Below are positions 32,450 through 43,676 of a stretch of 64,000 nucleotides of DNA, piece after piece. Position 1 is the stretch's first letter; the number at the start of each line of letters is the position of its first letter. The stretch is taken from the NCBI GenBank assembly GCA_903842945.1, contig CAIMNS010000049.1, positions 4,759-68,758 on the forward strand, read 5' to 3'. The notes below the pieces were generated by a model. That model made no database searches. It saw only the letters and a program-made list of their open reading frames with translations, and was not told the origin of the DNA. Position numbers and translations under genes: made by a program. This DNA is from an uncultured Burkholderiales bacterium (GTDB lineage Bacteria > Pseudomonadota > Gammaproteobacteria > Burkholderiales > Burkholderiaceae_C).

Positions 32450-33187
32450 TCAGGCAACATCAATCCATTGGCCGTGTTGGAGAATTTGATAGGGTTTGAA
32501 CAAAGATTTGTATTTCATCTTTGCACTTTCGTTGATCAAGTAGCCTAAATAGACGAAGGGCAGTTTCATTTGCCGCGCTTGTTCAATTTGCCACATGATG
32601 TTAAAAATACCGTAACTGCTGTGACTCTCGGGTTCAAAAAACGTATAAACCGCTGACAAGCCGTCGTTCAACACATCCAAGATCGAGACCATTTTGACCG
32701 CCGAATGGCCTGTTTTGGGGTCGCGCGCGCGAAACTCGACCAGTCTAGAGTTCACTCGAGATTGCAAGAGAAATTGGGCGTACTGCTCGACACTGTCTTG
32801 ATCCATGCCTCCGCCTTCATGACGGCTGATCTGATAGCGCAGGTACAGGTCGTAATGCGCTTGGACGAAATTCAAACGCATGATGCGAACCTCTAAGTCC
32901 AAATGGGCAGACCAGGCTCTTTTTTGACTTCGATTGGGCTGGTACAAGTCGCTCTTGATGCGAAGGGGAAGACAGGCTTGACAACCATCACAGTGGGGCC
33001 GGTAGGTGAACAAGCCAGAGCGCCTAAAGCCTTGGCTGACCAAATCGGAGTACACATCGCTGTTGATCAAGTGTCCGGGGGAGGCGACTTGCGACCTGGC
33101 GTCGCGTTCGGGCAGGTAACTGCACGGGTACGGTGCCGTGGCATAGTACTGTAAGCTTTGTAGGGGGAGATCCTTTAAGTGAGTCAC
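32450..33187 (-). CDS. ate: Arginyl/aspartyl-glutamyl tRNA-protein transferase (Ate/Bpt)
   Basis: [41 protein letters not shown]. Likely GTG start at 33187. Confidence 0.93.
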   Translation of the reverse strand: MTHLKDLPLQSLQYYATAPYPCSYLPERDARSQVASPGHLINSDVYSDLVSQGFRRSGLFTYRPHCDGCQACLPLRIKSDLYQPNRSQKRAWSAHLDLEVRIMRLNFVQAHYDLYLRYQISRHEGGGMDQDSVEQYAQFLLQSRVNSRLVEFRARDPKTGHSAVKMVSILDVLNDGLSAVYTFFEPESHSSYGIFNIMWQIEQARQMKLPFVYLGYLINESAKMKYKSLFKPYQILQHGQWIDVA

Positions 33188-33195
33188 GATCAGGC

Positions 33196-33981
33196 TCAAG
33201 AAGGGGATGAAGGAAAAGTGGGTGTCAACAGCTCTTGCCAGTATATCGGCTTAAAAATCCATGGAGGTGACGTTTGCGTTAAGCTGGGAGAAATTTTTTG
33301 TAAAAAGTCGGCTCTATCGATGGTCTCACCTCCCAAGGAGCTCAGATGAGCTGTTTTTTGTTGGCAATCGATCAGTTCAATTTGGTGGTGCTTGGCAAAG
33401 GCCACCAAAGCACTTAAGGCTATTTTAGAGGCGTCTGTTTGAAAGGTGAACATCGATTCGCCAAAAACAGCACGCCCCAGGTTCACCAGATAAAGCCCGC
33501 CCACCAAAACCCCATCTTGCCATGTTTCAACGCTGTGGGCGAATCCTGCCAAATGCAGTTGATGGTAAGCATGGATCATTTCGCGCGTGATCCAGGTGCC
33601 GCCTTGACCCTCTCGCTCTATACCAGAGCAGTTTTCAATGACCGTTAAAAAAGCGCTGTCCATTTTGATCTCGCACCCTGGGCTGTTGGAGAAGCGCTTC
33701 AGACTTTTTTTAAGCGACGCGCTCACCTTAAACTTGTCGGGCAGCAAGACCATTCTTGGATCGGTGCTCCACCAAAGGACGGGCTGGCCTTGGCTGTACC
33801 ATGGAAATATGCCCTGGCTGTAGGCCTCTACAAGCCGTTGAACGCTCAAGCCTCCCCCGGCCGCCAAGAGCCCAGGCGTGCTCGAATGCTTTCCCATTGC
33901 TTGACTGAGCGGTGGGAAAGGCGTTTTTGCCTCTAAAAACGAGATCGAACGGCGTTGGGATTCATTCAACATGGGATGCAA
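33196..33981 (-). CDS. aat: Leucyl/phenylalanyl-tRNA--protein transferase
   Basis: [43 protein letters not shown]. Confidence 0.96.
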   Translation of the reverse strand: MHPMLNESQRRSISFLEAKTPFPPLSQAMGKHSSTPGLLAAGGGLSVQRLVEAYSQGIFPWYSQGQPVLWWSTDPRMVLLPDKFKVSASLKKSLKRFSNSPGCEIKMDSAFLTVIENCSGIEREGQGGTWITREMIHAYHQLHLAGFAHSVETWQDGVLVGGLYLVNLGRAVFGESMFTFQTDASKIALSALVAFAKHHQIELIDCQQKTAHLSSLGGETIDRADFLQKISPSLTQTSPPWIFKPIYWQELLTPTFPSSPS

Positions 33982-34116
33982 GAAGGGCTAGCTTTGAACA
34001 GTGTTTCATGGCATGATAGAGGGTTTTAAAGTTGCGATCAACGACGGGGCCAAGGGGCAGTTAAAAAAGCCTCTTAAAACCCACGAAAACATCGGGCCAA
34101 TCAAACAAGGAAACAG

Positions 34117-35298
34117 TTGAATTTCCTAGAAAAGCGCCTAGATGGAGTGCACTTGATCAAAGTGCTCAAACGGCAAAGCAGCAAAGCGGCAAAGGAAAAC
34201 GAAAACGTGTCTAGATTTTGGGTCATTGATGTTTTGAAATTATTAGGTGCTCAGTGCATTTTGCTTCATCATTTGTCAATCTATGGTCCGATTGCGCAAG
34301 AAATAGACATCTACTACCCCATCTTCATGGATGATTTTTCCGACCTCACTCGGTTGGCTGTTCAGGTGTTTTTGGTGATTTCGGGCTACTTGGCTGCCAA
34401 ATCCATCAGCCGAATGAAAGAAGTTCACGTGTCTGCTTTGTTGTTCAAACGTTTCGTGCGATTGGCACCGTTTTATCTCCTGTGTTTGTGCATGTGTGTG
34501 ATGGCTGGCGTTTTGTTGCACGATCACTTGTGGGGCTCATGGGTGCCAGAGGTGCCCACATGGGGAGGCTTTTTGGCACACGCTCTGCTGCTTCAGGGCC
34601 TGCTTGATGTGCCATCCATCTCATCGGGTGTTTGGTATGTTGCCATTGATTTTCAGCTGTTTGCGTTGACTGTTTTTTTGGCCTATCTCTTTTCTTCTAG
34701 AGAAAAAATTCGCGTCGATAACGCCAAGCTTAAATTGAGTTTGGCGTTTTTGGGTTTGATGTCCTTGTGGTTTTTTAATCGGTTCGCAACCCTGGACAAC
34801 TGGGCGATTTATTTTATGGGCTCCTACGTGCTGGGCATGCTTGCCAATTGGGCTCACGAGTCCGTCATCAACAAAAAGCTTTTTCTGTGTGTTTGGGTTG
34901 TGGGCCTGCTCTCCGTGATCTACGAGCCACGTGTTCGCATTTCACTGGCCTTGTGCATTTCGATGTGCATGTTTTTATGGGCCCAAGACAAGGGGCTGTT
35001 TTTGTCCAATAGAACCAAATCGATCTTGTCCATTTTGGGTGACTCGGCCTATGCGGTCTTTTTGAGCCACTTTGCCATGATTTTGATCTTCAGCGCCCTT
35101 TGGAACTACTTTGAAATGGAGGGCCTCAAGTCTGCCATGGCCATGGTCCTTTTTTATTGGATCACTTGCGTGTCTTGGGGACTGTATTTGCATCTCAAAG
35201 TTGAATCCGAAATCTCCATGCTTGAATGGACACCCATTTTGAAAATGTTTCATCGCGTCGGCAACCCCAAGGCGACAGAGCTTTACAAGGCCATTTGA
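34117..35298 (+). CDS. Acyltransferase 3 family membrane protein
   Basis: IDVLK..HH, LAVQVFLVISGY, KRFVRL, VWYVAIDFQLF, GDSAYAVFLSH. Start uncertain. Confidence 0.85.
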   Translation: MNFLEKRLDGVHLIKVLKRQSSKAAKENENVSRFWVIDVLKLLGAQCILLHHLSIYGPIAQEIDIYYPIFMDDFSDLTRLAVQVFLVISGYLAAKSISRMKEVHVSALLFKRFVRLAPFYLLCLCMCVMAGVLLHDHLWGSWVPEVPTWGGFLAHALLLQGLLDVPSISSGVWYVAIDFQLFALTVFLAYLFSSREKIRVDNAKLKLSLAFLGLMSLWFFNRFATLDNWAIYFMGSYVLGMLANWAHESVINKKLFLCVWVVGLLSVIYEPRVRISLALCISMCMFLWAQDKGLFLSNRTKSILSILGDSAYAVFLSHFAMILIFSALWNYFEMEGLKSAMAMVLFYWITCVSWGLYLHLKVESEISMLEWTPILKMFHRVGNPKATELYKAI

Positions 35299-35579
35299 TG
35301 CGATGGGCTTGAGGCGCGGATCTTTGGGTCCATGCGCCAAGTACGCGTGCTCTTGGTCCCTGCACTCCAAGACCTTGTGCGGATTTCTCCCATCGCCTTT
35401 GGCTAGAATTTGGGTAAGCCCTTATAAGTCCATGTTCTAGCCATGATTTTTAACACCTAGGTAGCGTTTATACTTCTAAAATGGGGAAGATGTGCGGTCA
35501 TTGGTTCTAAATTCTTAGGTTTGAGAGTTTTCATAACTTGTCAAATGGATTCTTTTAATTTGTTGGGGTGAGCTTTTCA

Positions 35580-36857
35580 ATGAAGATCAAAACAATTATC
35601 ACAGGCTTGGTGATCCTAGGGGTCATCGGTGGCTTGGTTTATTATCGAATGGCCCCCAGCGATCAGGGGGCGACCAAAGGGCCCAATGAGCCTGCGGTGA
35701 CGCTCCAACCCGTTGTGCCCAAGGATGTGGCCGTTAACTTAAGTCTGAACGGCACAGTCACTTCAATCCGAACCGTTGATGTGAGATCGCAAGTCACCAA
35801 CACCGTCAAAGAGGTGAGGGTCAAAGAAGGACAATTTGTCAACCAAGGCGATATTCTTTTTGTGTTGGACACCAGAAGCGATAAGGCCAATGTTGCCAAG
35901 TTGACAGCGCAATTGTTGCGTGACAAAGCCTTGGCAGCTGATCAAGATCGCCAATATGCCAGAGCGCAAGAGCTGAAACTCAAGAACTTTGTCTCTCAAG
36001 GCTCGGTCGATACGACGATGAGCCAGCGAGATGCACAGGTGGCCTTGGTGGCTTCAGATGAAGCTGCTCTTGAAGCGGCCAAAGTGGCCTTGGATTTCAA
36101 CACCATCAGGGCACCTATTTCAGGTCGCACTGGGGTGATCAATGTATTTCCAGGTACTTTGGTGCTTCCTCAAACGGTGAGCTTGCTCACGATCACGCAG
36201 CTCGACCCGATCAGTGTTCAGTTCACTGTGCCCGAGAGTCAGTTGGCCAAACTGCAAGCTGCACTGAAGTCCTCTGCTGCATCGCAAGGGTCGAGCAACG
36301 TTGAGGTCAAAGCACCCAACACGAACAAAAGCGTTTCAGGGCATTTGTATTTCGTTGATAATTTAGTGGATCCAAGCTCTGGCACCATCAAAGCCAAAGC
36401 CAGATTTGAAAATAAAAACAACGATTTGTGGCCAGGGCAGTTTGTCCAGACCAAGGTCAGTTTGGGGCTGATCAAAGACGCTTTGTCCATCCCTTCAAAG
36501 TCAATTGTTAACAGTCCCAACGGCAAATTTGTGTATGTGGTGGGTGAAGACCGAATTGCAAAACAAAAACCGATCAAAGAACTCTATGTCTCAGGAGAGT
36601 TCATGGCTGTTGAAGGGCTCAGCGCCAATGACGCCGTGGTGGTTGAGGGCAAGCAAAACGTGAGGCCAGACGCCACGGTCAGAATCATCACGCCTGGCGC
36701 CTCCAAGCCTGGTGCGACCGATACCAAAGGCGGTGCAGCTGCACCCGCAGACGGACAGGCCAAAGAAAAGTCAGCCCCAAGCTCTGAGCCCGCTGGTGCA
36801 AAAGACAAACCGCCTGCAAGTCCCAAGCCCAACGAAGTGACGCCTACAGCGAAATAA
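35580..36857 (+). CDS. RND efflux periplasmic adaptor (MFP)
   Basis: VDVRSQV.., IRAPISGRTG, DNLVDPSSGTIK, LWPGQFV. Pro/Ala/Lys-rich tail. Confidence 0.93.
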   Translation: MKIKTIITGLVILGVIGGLVYYRMAPSDQGATKGPNEPAVTLQPVVPKDVAVNLSLNGTVTSIRTVDVRSQVTNTVKEVRVKEGQFVNQGDILFVLDTRSDKANVAKLTAQLLRDKALAADQDRQYARAQELKLKNFVSQGSVDTTMSQRDAQVALVASDEAALEAAKVALDFNTIRAPISGRTGVINVFPGTLVLPQTVSLLTITQLDPISVQFTVPESQLAKLQAALKSSAASQGSSNVEVKAPNTNKSVSGHLYFVDNLVDPSSGTIKAKARFENKNNDLWPGQFVQTKVSLGLIKDALSIPSKSIVNSPNGKFVYVVGEDRIAKQKPIKELYVSGEFMAVEGLSANDAVVVEGKQNVRPDATVRIITPGASKPGATDTKGGAAAPADGQAKEKSAPSSEPAGAKDKPPASPKPNEVTPTAK

Positions 36858-36870
36858 GCCCTAGCCCAGT

Positions 36871-39800
36871 ATGAACATTCCTCAGCTATGTATTCAGCGC
36901 CCGGTGATGACGGTGCTGTTGAGCCTGTCCACGGTCATGGCGGGCTTGTTGGCCTATTCCAAGATACCGATCTCCGCTTTGCCCAGTTACAACACACCCG
37001 TGATCAGCGTGGGCGCCAGTTTTCCGGGTGCGAGCCCAGAGACCATGGCGGCCTCTGTCGCTCTACCGCTGGAGAAGCAATTCTCCACGATCGACGGCAT
37101 CAACGTGATCAGTTCGACCAGCATTTTAGGTTCGACCACCATCACGCTGGAGTTCAATTCAGATAAAAACATTGATCTGGTCGCCGTGGACGTGCAAGCC
37201 GCTTTGTTGCGCGCGCAAAGATCGCTGCCCGTTGAGATGACCACCCCTCCAAGCTACAGGAAAGTCAACCCTGCTGATTCGCCTATTTTGTTTGTGGCCT
37301 TGACCTCTCCGTCCCTCAGTTTTTCAGAGCTCAATGATTACGCGGAAAATCTGATTGCCCCCACCATCTCCACCATCAATGGCGTGGCTTTGGTCAATGT
37401 CTACGGGCAAAAGCGTTTTGCCGTACGCGTCAAGGCCAACCCACAAGCGCTTGCCAGTTATGGCCTCACCATGGAGGATGTGTTGGCGGCCGTGAACTCG
37501 GCCAATTCCAACACGCCCGTGGGTATTTTGGATGGTCCCAAGCAACTCTTGACCATCACGTCGAACAAGCAATTGACCAAATCCAGTGAGTTTGCCAACC
37601 TGGTCATCAGTTCACGCGCCAATGGGGTGGTGCGACTCAAGGACGTGGCAAGCGTTCAAGACAGTTACGAGTCCGTGCGTACACAGGCCAGTTACATGGG
37701 TAAAACATCCATCATTTTGGCTGTTCAAAGGCAGCCCAAAGCCAATACGGTTGAGGTCATCGACAACGTTCAAAAGCTTTTGCCGGGTTTAAAAGCCCAA
37801 ATGCCGTCCTCGGTCGATATTTTGCCCTTGAACGACCGGTCCATTTCAATTCGTGAGGCCATTCACGATGTGAAGTTGTCCTTGGCTTTGACGGTGGTCT
37901 TGGTGGTTTTGGTGATTTTGATGTTCATCCGTCGCGCAGTGGCCACCATCATTCCAACCCTCAGTTTGCCCGTGTCTTTGATTGGCGCCATTGGGTTGCT
38001 CTATGCGCTGGGTTACAGTTTGGACAACATTTCCCTTTTAGGCATCACCTTGGCCGTGGGCCTGGTGGTCGATGATGCGATTGTGATGCTCGAGAACATT
38101 GTGCGCCACATTGAAGATGGGATGACGCCCATGGAGGCCTCACTGAGAGGGGGTAAAGAGATGGCTTTTACCATCATCTCTATTTCAGTGTCCTTGGTGG
38201 CTGTTTTTATTCCTATTTTCTTCATGCCCGGTGTCATTGGACTGCTGTTTCATGAGTTTGCCGTGGTGGTCGGCTTGTCGGTCTTGGTCTCGGCGGTTGT
38301 GTCTTTGACCTTGGTGCCCATGCTGTGCAGTCGTTTCTTGCCAGCCCATCAAGCGAGTCAAGTCAGCGGGCAAGGGTCTCACGCCAACGCCCAAGAGGGC
38401 GCATTTGGCCGCTGGTTTGAACATGCATTTCAGTCCTTGCTCAATGCCTATACCAGCAGCCTCGACGTGGCTTTGCTGCACCGAAGATGGGTGCTTTTTG
38501 TGGCGTTCATCACCTTTGTTTTAACGGCATGGCTTTTTGTCATCAGCCCCAAGGGCTTCTTTCCTGAGGAGGACATTGGTCAAATTCAAGTGACCACAGA
38601 AGCCTCAGAGGACATTTCATTTGCTGAGATGGTTCGCATTCAAAATTTGATCGCTGCTCGCTTGCAAGAAGACCCCAACGTGGACTATGTGTCCACCTTC
38701 GTGGGTTCTGGATCCTTCTCTTCTTCTCCCCTCAACTCTGGGCGCATGTTCATTGCGCTCAAGCCTTTGAGCCAGAGACCTAAAATTCAAGAGGTGATCG
38801 AAGGGCTCAGGAAGAGGGCGCGTTACCCTGGATTTGCGGTGTACATGAGGCCGGTGCAAAACTTGCAACTGGGGGGCAAAGTCAGCAAGTCCAGATACCA
38901 GTATGTCCTTCAAAGTGTGAGCGCGGATTCATTGAACGAGTGGTCCAACAAGCTTCAACAAAAGATGCGTGCAGACCCCGCTTTCAGGGACGTTACCAGC
39001 GATTCACAACTCAGAGGCCTGCAAGCCAATGTGATTTTTGATCGAGACAAGGCGGGTCAGTTGGGGGTGCAAACCCAAGACATCCGCTCAGCCTTGTACA
39101 GCGCCTTTGGAGACCGTCAGATATCCACCATCTTTACACCGGTGAGCAGTTACTTGGTGATCTTGGAGGCACCGGAAGACTTTAGGAAGTTTGAAGATCA
39201 AATTGGTAACATTTACGTCAGGTCCAAGTTGAGCCAGCAAGTGATTCCCCTGTCAAGCTTGGTGACCGTGACCAGGGGCGTTGGGCCCACTGCTGTCAAT
39301 CACCAAGGTCAGTTGCAAGCGGTCACCATCTCCTTTAATTTGGCGCCCGATGTGCCGCTTGGAGATGCAACGAAAAAAATCTCTGTGTTCACTCAAGACA
39401 TTCAGTTGCCCGCTTCCATCATGACCAAGTATGGTGGGGATGCTGCAGTGTTCCAAGACACACAGTCGAGTCAGGTGATTTTGTTGGTGGTGGCGGTTTT
39501 GGTGATCTATGTGCTTTTAGGCGTTTTGTATGAAAGTTATATCCATCCCTTGACGATTTTGGCCGGCTTGCCTTCTGCCGCTGTGGGTGCTTTGCTCTTT
39601 CTGTGGTACTTTAAAATCGATTTGACCTTGATCGCGACCATTGGTATTTTGATGCTCATTGGCATCGTGAAGAAAAATGCCATCATGATGATTGACTTTG
39701 CGTTGGATGCACAAAGAAACAGTGGTCTGGATCCTGAGCTTGCAATTCGCCAAGCTTGTAAGCTGCGTTTCAGGCCGATTTTGATGACCACGTTTGCAGC

Positions 39801-39996
39801 TCTTATGGGCGCACTGCCGATCTCTCTGGGACTAGGCGCTGGTGCTGAATTGCGAGCCCCGCTGGGTATTGCTGTGGTTGGAGGTTTGTTATTCTCTCAG
39901 GTCATCACCTTGTACATCACGCCAGTCATCTATCTGTACCTAGATCAATGGGCTGGCAAAGGCCCCTTGGTCATCCAAGAGGACTTGGAGATTTAA
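36871..39996 (+). CDS. RND efflux permease (AcrB/MdtBC-like)
   Basis: 1041 aa. GLVVDDAIVMLENI, GIVKKNAIMMIDFA, RFRPILMTT. Confidence 0.96.
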   Translation: MNIPQLCIQRPVMTVLLSLSTVMAGLLAYSKIPISALPSYNTPVISVGASFPGASPETMAASVALPLEKQFSTIDGINVISSTSILGSTTITLEFNSDKNIDLVAVDVQAALLRAQRSLPVEMTTPPSYRKVNPADSPILFVALTSPSLSFSELNDYAENLIAPTISTINGVALVNVYGQKRFAVRVKANPQALASYGLTMEDVLAAVNSANSNTPVGILDGPKQLLTITSNKQLTKSSEFANLVISSRANGVVRLKDVASVQDSYESVRTQASYMGKTSIILAVQRQPKANTVEVIDNVQKLLPGLKAQMPSSVDILPLNDRSISIREAIHDVKLSLALTVVLVVLVILMFIRRAVATIIPTLSLPVSLIGAIGLLYALGYSLDNISLLGITLAVGLVVDDAIVMLENIVRHIEDGMTPMEASLRGGKEMAFTIISISVSLVAVFIPIFFMPGVIGLLFHEFAVVVGLSVLVSAVVSLTLVPMLCSRFLPAHQASQVSGQGSHANAQEGAFGRWFEHAFQSLLNAYTSSLDVALLHRRWVLFVAFITFVLTAWLFVISPKGFFPEEDIGQIQVTTEASEDISFAEMVRIQNLIAARLQEDPNVDYVSTFVGSGSFSSSPLNSGRMFIALKPLSQRPKIQEVIEGLRKRARYPGFAVYMRPVQNLQLGGKVSKSRYQYVLQSVSADSLNEWSNKLQQKMRADPAFRDVTSDSQLRGLQANVIFDRDKAGQLGVQTQDIRSALYSAFGDRQISTIFTPVSSYLVILEAPEDFRKFEDQIGNIYVRSKLSQQVIPLSSLVTVTRGVGPTAVNHQGQLQAVTISFNLAPDVPLGDATKKISVFTQDIQLPASIMTKYGGDAAVFQDTQSSQVILLVVAVLVIYVLLGVLYESYIHPLTILAGLPSAAVGALLFLWYFKIDLTLIATIGILMLIGIVKKNAIMMIDFALDAQRNSGLDPELAIRQACKLRFRPILMTTFAALMGALPISLGLGAGAELRAPLGIAVVGGLLFSQVITLYITPVIYLYLDQWAGKGPLVIQEDLEI

Positions 39997-40240
39997 TGAG
40001 CATCCGACAAGGGAAAACCCATTTTTGAAGGGGTTGTTGGATTCGAGTTACACTCACGCTCGTTGCAGATGACCAATCTTATTTAACGCAAGGCCCCTGG
40101 GCGCTTCAAGATCCATGTCATGCCATTGGACCTTGATGCTGAAGTTGTTGGGTCGACCTAAAAAAAGGGGTTAACCCTGAGGGGAGCTAAATCACGAGAG
40201 TGATAAGCTCCGAACAGATTCTTTTTTACAGTGGAAAACT

Positions 40241-40699
40241 ATGAAATTAACCATCAATGATCAAGCCCGAGAACTCGATGTAGAACCTGACATGCCCCTT
40301 TTGTGGGCATTAAGAGATGAGCTTGATGTCAAGGGTCCCAAATACGGTTGTGGCATTGCCCAATGTGGAGCATGTACCGTTTTACTCAATGGTGAGCCTG
40401 TTCGTTCTTGCGCCTATCCTGTGTCTGCCGCAGTGGGCCAACAAGTGGTGACTTTGGAGGGTCTGGAAAAAAAGGGCAAGTTGCATCCGGTCCAACAAGC
40501 TTGGATTGACCATGAAGTGCCACAATGTGGCTACTGTCAGGGAGGCCAAATTTTAGCAGCTGTCGCCTTGCTGAAGAAAAAACCCAAACCCACAGACCAG
40601 GACATCGATGCAGCAATGACCAACATTTGTCGTTGCGGTACCTACGCCAGAATTCGCTCAGCCATCCACGCTGTAGCAGCCAAGGGAGTGAAAGCATGA
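40241..40699 (+). CDS. iorA: (2Fe-2S) subunit of an isoquinoline 1-oxidoreductase-like molybdoenzyme
   Basis: [28 protein letters not shown]. Confidence 0.92.
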   Translation: MKLTINDQARELDVEPDMPLLWALRDELDVKGPKYGCGIAQCGACTVLLNGEPVRSCAYPVSAAVGQQVVTLEGLEKKGKLHPVQQAWIDHEVPQCGYCQGGQILAAVALLKKKPKPTDQDIDAAMTNICRCGTYARIRSAIHAVAAKGVKA

Positions 40700-42930
40700 G
40701 CGACCAGCAAATCAATTCTTCTACTGAAGTGGCTTTCGACGATGCAGGCGTTGCCCGTCGTGATTTTCTAAAAATTGGCGCATCTGTGACCGCAAGTACA
40801 GGTGCGTTCAGCATGGCTTTCTTTGTGCCCGAGCGGGCCAATGCAGCCGACCCCAAGGGCACGACGCCCGCCAACAACGATCCACAAAAAGTCAATGCTT
40901 GGATCGAGATCCGACCCGATGAGACGGTGATCATTCGATACGCCAGATCAGAGATGGGACAAGGCTCTCGGACTTCAGCGCCGATGCTGATTGCTGAAGA
41001 GTTGGAGGTGGATTGGAAAAAGGTCAAGGTTGAATATGCCTTTGCGCATGACAATTTGAAACAAAAGCGCGTCTATGGCGACATGGCCTCAGTGGGCAGC
41101 CGTACGATTCGTTTGTCCCAAGAGTATTTAAGAAAAGCCGGTGCCACCGCTCGTGAGATGCTGATCGTGGCGGGTTCTCAGGCGATGAATGTGCCGTCCT
41201 CTGAATGCATTGCCAAATTGGGCATGGTGATTCACCCTGCAAGCAAGAAAAGCATCAGCTACGGCAAGGTGGCCTTGAAGGCTGCCGAATTGACGCCTCC
41301 AGCCAATGTGAGTTTGAAGGACCCCAAGGATTGGACGATTGCGGGTAAATCCATCAAGCGCGTGGACATCCCAGACATTGTCACGGCCAGAATTCGTTAT
41401 GGCGTGGACACACAGCTGCCTGGCATGCTGCACGCAGCCGTTGCCCAAAGCCCGGTCTTCAATGGCAAGGTCAAGTCCATGGATGGCTCTAAGGTGCAAA
41501 ACCGCAGAGGCATTGTCAAGGTCTTGAACATGGGCAACTTTGTGGCCGTGGTGGCGGACAACTATTGGCGCGCCAAAGAGGCCCTCAAAGAGGTGAACGT
41601 TGAATGGGACGTGGCTCCAGAGCACACCAAACTGAGCAACTCCTCCTTGCATGCTTTCTTCAAAGAAGGCCTGACCCAGCCTGAATTGGCCGTGGCCAGA
41701 AACGATGGCGACACGGCGAAAGCCTTGGCTGGCGGCAAAGTCATAGAAGCCGAATATTTCACGCCTTATTTGGCACATGCCACCATGGAGCCCATGGTTT
41801 GTACCGCTTGGCTTCAAGGCGAGAACCTTGAAATTTGGCCCTCCACGCAAAATGCTGAAGGCTCTTTGGCAGCAGCCTCTACCGCCTCGGGTGTCAAACA
41901 AGAGAACGTCAAAGTCTATCCCATGCAGCTTGGCGGTGGCTTGGGTCGCAAAAGTCCTCAGGACTTTACGGTGCAAGCTGTTCGAATTGCCAAGGAGATG
42001 GCGGGTAAACCGGTCAAACTCATTTGGAGCCGTGAAGAGGACATGCAACACGATTTTTATCGTCCTGCTTCCTTGGTCAAGTTGGCCGCTACTCAAAAGG
42101 CCGATGGCAACATCAATGCCTTGCATATTCGCGTAAGCGCTCCTTCAATCATTGCCTCCTTGTTAAAGCTGCCTTTACCCAAAGGTGTGGATCCACAAGC
42201 GGTGGCTGCCTTTGAAGACCACCCTTATGCCATTGCCAATTCCTTGGTCGATTATGCTCAGCGCAACTCCAACATACCCGTGGGCTTTTGGAGAACAGTA
42301 GGGCACTCACAAAACCCCTTTGTGCGTGAGTCTTTCATCGATGAGTTGGCCCATGCGGCGGGTAAAGATCCATTGGAGTATCGACTTGCCAACTTGCCAG
42401 AGAAGAACTTCAGGGACATCGCCATTTTGAAAGCGGTCACCAAAGCGGCCAACTACTCGTCTCCTTTGCCCAAGGGCGTGTTCAGAGGGATTGCTGAGAC
42501 CGAAGGCTATGGCAGTTGGACGGCCTGCGTTTGCGAGCTCTCGGTCAATGACCGACAAGAGGTGAAAATTCACCGCATTGTGATGGGTATTGATCCTGGC
42601 CATGCGGTCAACCCAGACAACATCCAAGCTCAATTGCAAGGCAGTGTGGTGCATGGTTTGAGTGCGATTTTCTGGGGTGAGATGATCATCAAAGAAGGTC
42701 GAATTGAACAGTCCAATTTCCACGAGTACCGAATGATGCGCTTGAATGAGATGCCCTTGGTGGAGACGGTCATCGCTCCCACAGGTGGTTTCTGGGGCGG
42801 TGTGGGTGAACCTGCTCAAGCGCCTTTGGCGGGTGCAGTGGCCAATGCCCTCTTCAATGCCACGGGCAAGCGGGTGCGCTCTTTGCCTCTCAAAAATCAT
42901 GGTTTCTCACTCGCGCGGGCCAGAACCTGA
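40696..42930 (+). CDS. iorB: Molybdopterin-binding subunit, xanthine dehydrogenase family (IorB-like), Tat exported
   Basis: ATG 40696 in ATGA overlap with iorA. RRDFLK Tat motif, SEMGQG, HATMEP, GGGLGR, WRTVG, GGVGEP. Confidence 0.9.
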   Translation: MSDQQINSSTEVAFDDAGVARRDFLKIGASVTASTGAFSMAFFVPERANAADPKGTTPANNDPQKVNAWIEIRPDETVIIRYARSEMGQGSRTSAPMLIAEELEVDWKKVKVEYAFAHDNLKQKRVYGDMASVGSRTIRLSQEYLRKAGATAREMLIVAGSQAMNVPSSECIAKLGMVIHPASKKSISYGKVALKAAELTPPANVSLKDPKDWTIAGKSIKRVDIPDIVTARIRYGVDTQLPGMLHAAVAQSPVFNGKVKSMDGSKVQNRRGIVKVLNMGNFVAVVADNYWRAKEALKEVNVEWDVAPEHTKLSNSSLHAFFKEGLTQPELAVARNDGDTAKALAGGKVIEAEYFTPYLAHATMEPMVCTAWLQGENLEIWPSTQNAEGSLAAASTASGVKQENVKVYPMQLGGGLGRKSPQDFTVQAVRIAKEMAGKPVKLIWSREEDMQHDFYRPASLVKLAATQKADGNINALHIRVSAPSIIASLLKLPLPKGVDPQAVAAFEDHPYAIANSLVDYAQRNSNIPVGFWRTVGHSQNPFVRESFIDELAHAAGKDPLEYRLANLPEKNFRDIAILKAVTKAANYSSPLPKGVFRGIAETEGYGSWTACVCELSVNDRQEVKIHRIVMGIDPGHAVNPDNIQAQLQGSVVHGLSAIFWGEMIIKEGRIEQSNFHEYRMMRLNEMPLVETVIAPTGGFWGGVGEPAQAPLAGAVANALFNATGKRVRSLPLKNHGFSLARART

Positions 42931-43170
42931 TTATGGAGTGATTTTCTCGGGCGGGAAGTCCATCAAACCTCCCGTCTTGAGCGCCTCAAACCCTTGGACC
43001 CCATCTTGTTTGCAGCATTTTGGGGTCCATTTCTTTGCTTGGTCTGCTTGAGTGGAAAATCCCCTAAAGATCGCGGTCTATTGGAGGTGTGAAGCCAGCC
43101 TTGCTGACAGAGTGTTTTAAACTCGGTTCTATTTATGGGGTTGTATCAACATGTTCTTGATGGTGGTGTG

Positions 43171-43662
43171 ATGGGTTCTTTTTCGGCTGCCAAAAGAAAA
43201 CTTTTGCTGGGCTTGTCTTTGGGCGGATGGGCCTTGAGTCAAAACACGCATGCGCAAAACATGACCTCAGGTCGCTTGAGGTCCATGGAAGAAATGTTGC
43301 GAGGCATCGAGAGCTACCCCACATCACTTGTCACGCCCATTGAGTCCAAGGTGAAGTTGTACATTCCCTTGCTTGCTGACAACGGCAACTCGGTACCAGC
43401 TCAAGTCTTGGTGGATTCTCCAATGACGCCAACGGACCACGTCGAGTCTTTGTACCTCTTGTCTCAACGAAATCCGGTGTTGATCATGGCGCATTTTCAC
43501 TTGGGTCCATGGAGCGGACGAGCTGAGATCAACACGCGACTAAGACTTGCCGGTAGTCAAAAGGTCATGGCCTTGGCCAAAATGTCCAATGCCCACTGGC
43601 ATTACCACATGGTCGAAGTCATTGCGACCGAGTCGGCCTGTGTCGATGCCTCGGACAGCTAA
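43171..43662 (+). CDS. SoxY-like carrier paralog with non-canonical arm
   Basis: LLADNGNSVP, RNPV...FHLGP.SGRAEINTRLRLAGSQ.V.ALA. C-terminus is VIATESACVD, not GGCGG. Confidence 0.75.
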   Translation: MGSFSAAKRKLLLGLSLGGWALSQNTHAQNMTSGRLRSMEEMLRGIESYPTSLVTPIESKVKLYIPLLADNGNSVPAQVLVDSPMTPTDHVESLYLLSQRNPVLIMAHFHLGPWSGRAEINTRLRLAGSQKVMALAKMSNAHWHYHMVEVIATESACVDASDS

Positions 43663-43676
43663 GAACGAAGACACCT

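Noticed and set aside
35528-35545. Pho-box-like TTTTCAT-AACT-TGTCAAA before the RND operon
   Set aside because: Core spacing is 10 bp, not 11, and it lacks the promoter geometry seen elsewhere.
42995-43029. TGGACCCCA/TGGGGTCCA inverted repeat after iorB
   Set aside because: 17-nt loop and no clear U-tract; too weak to call a terminator or repeat element.
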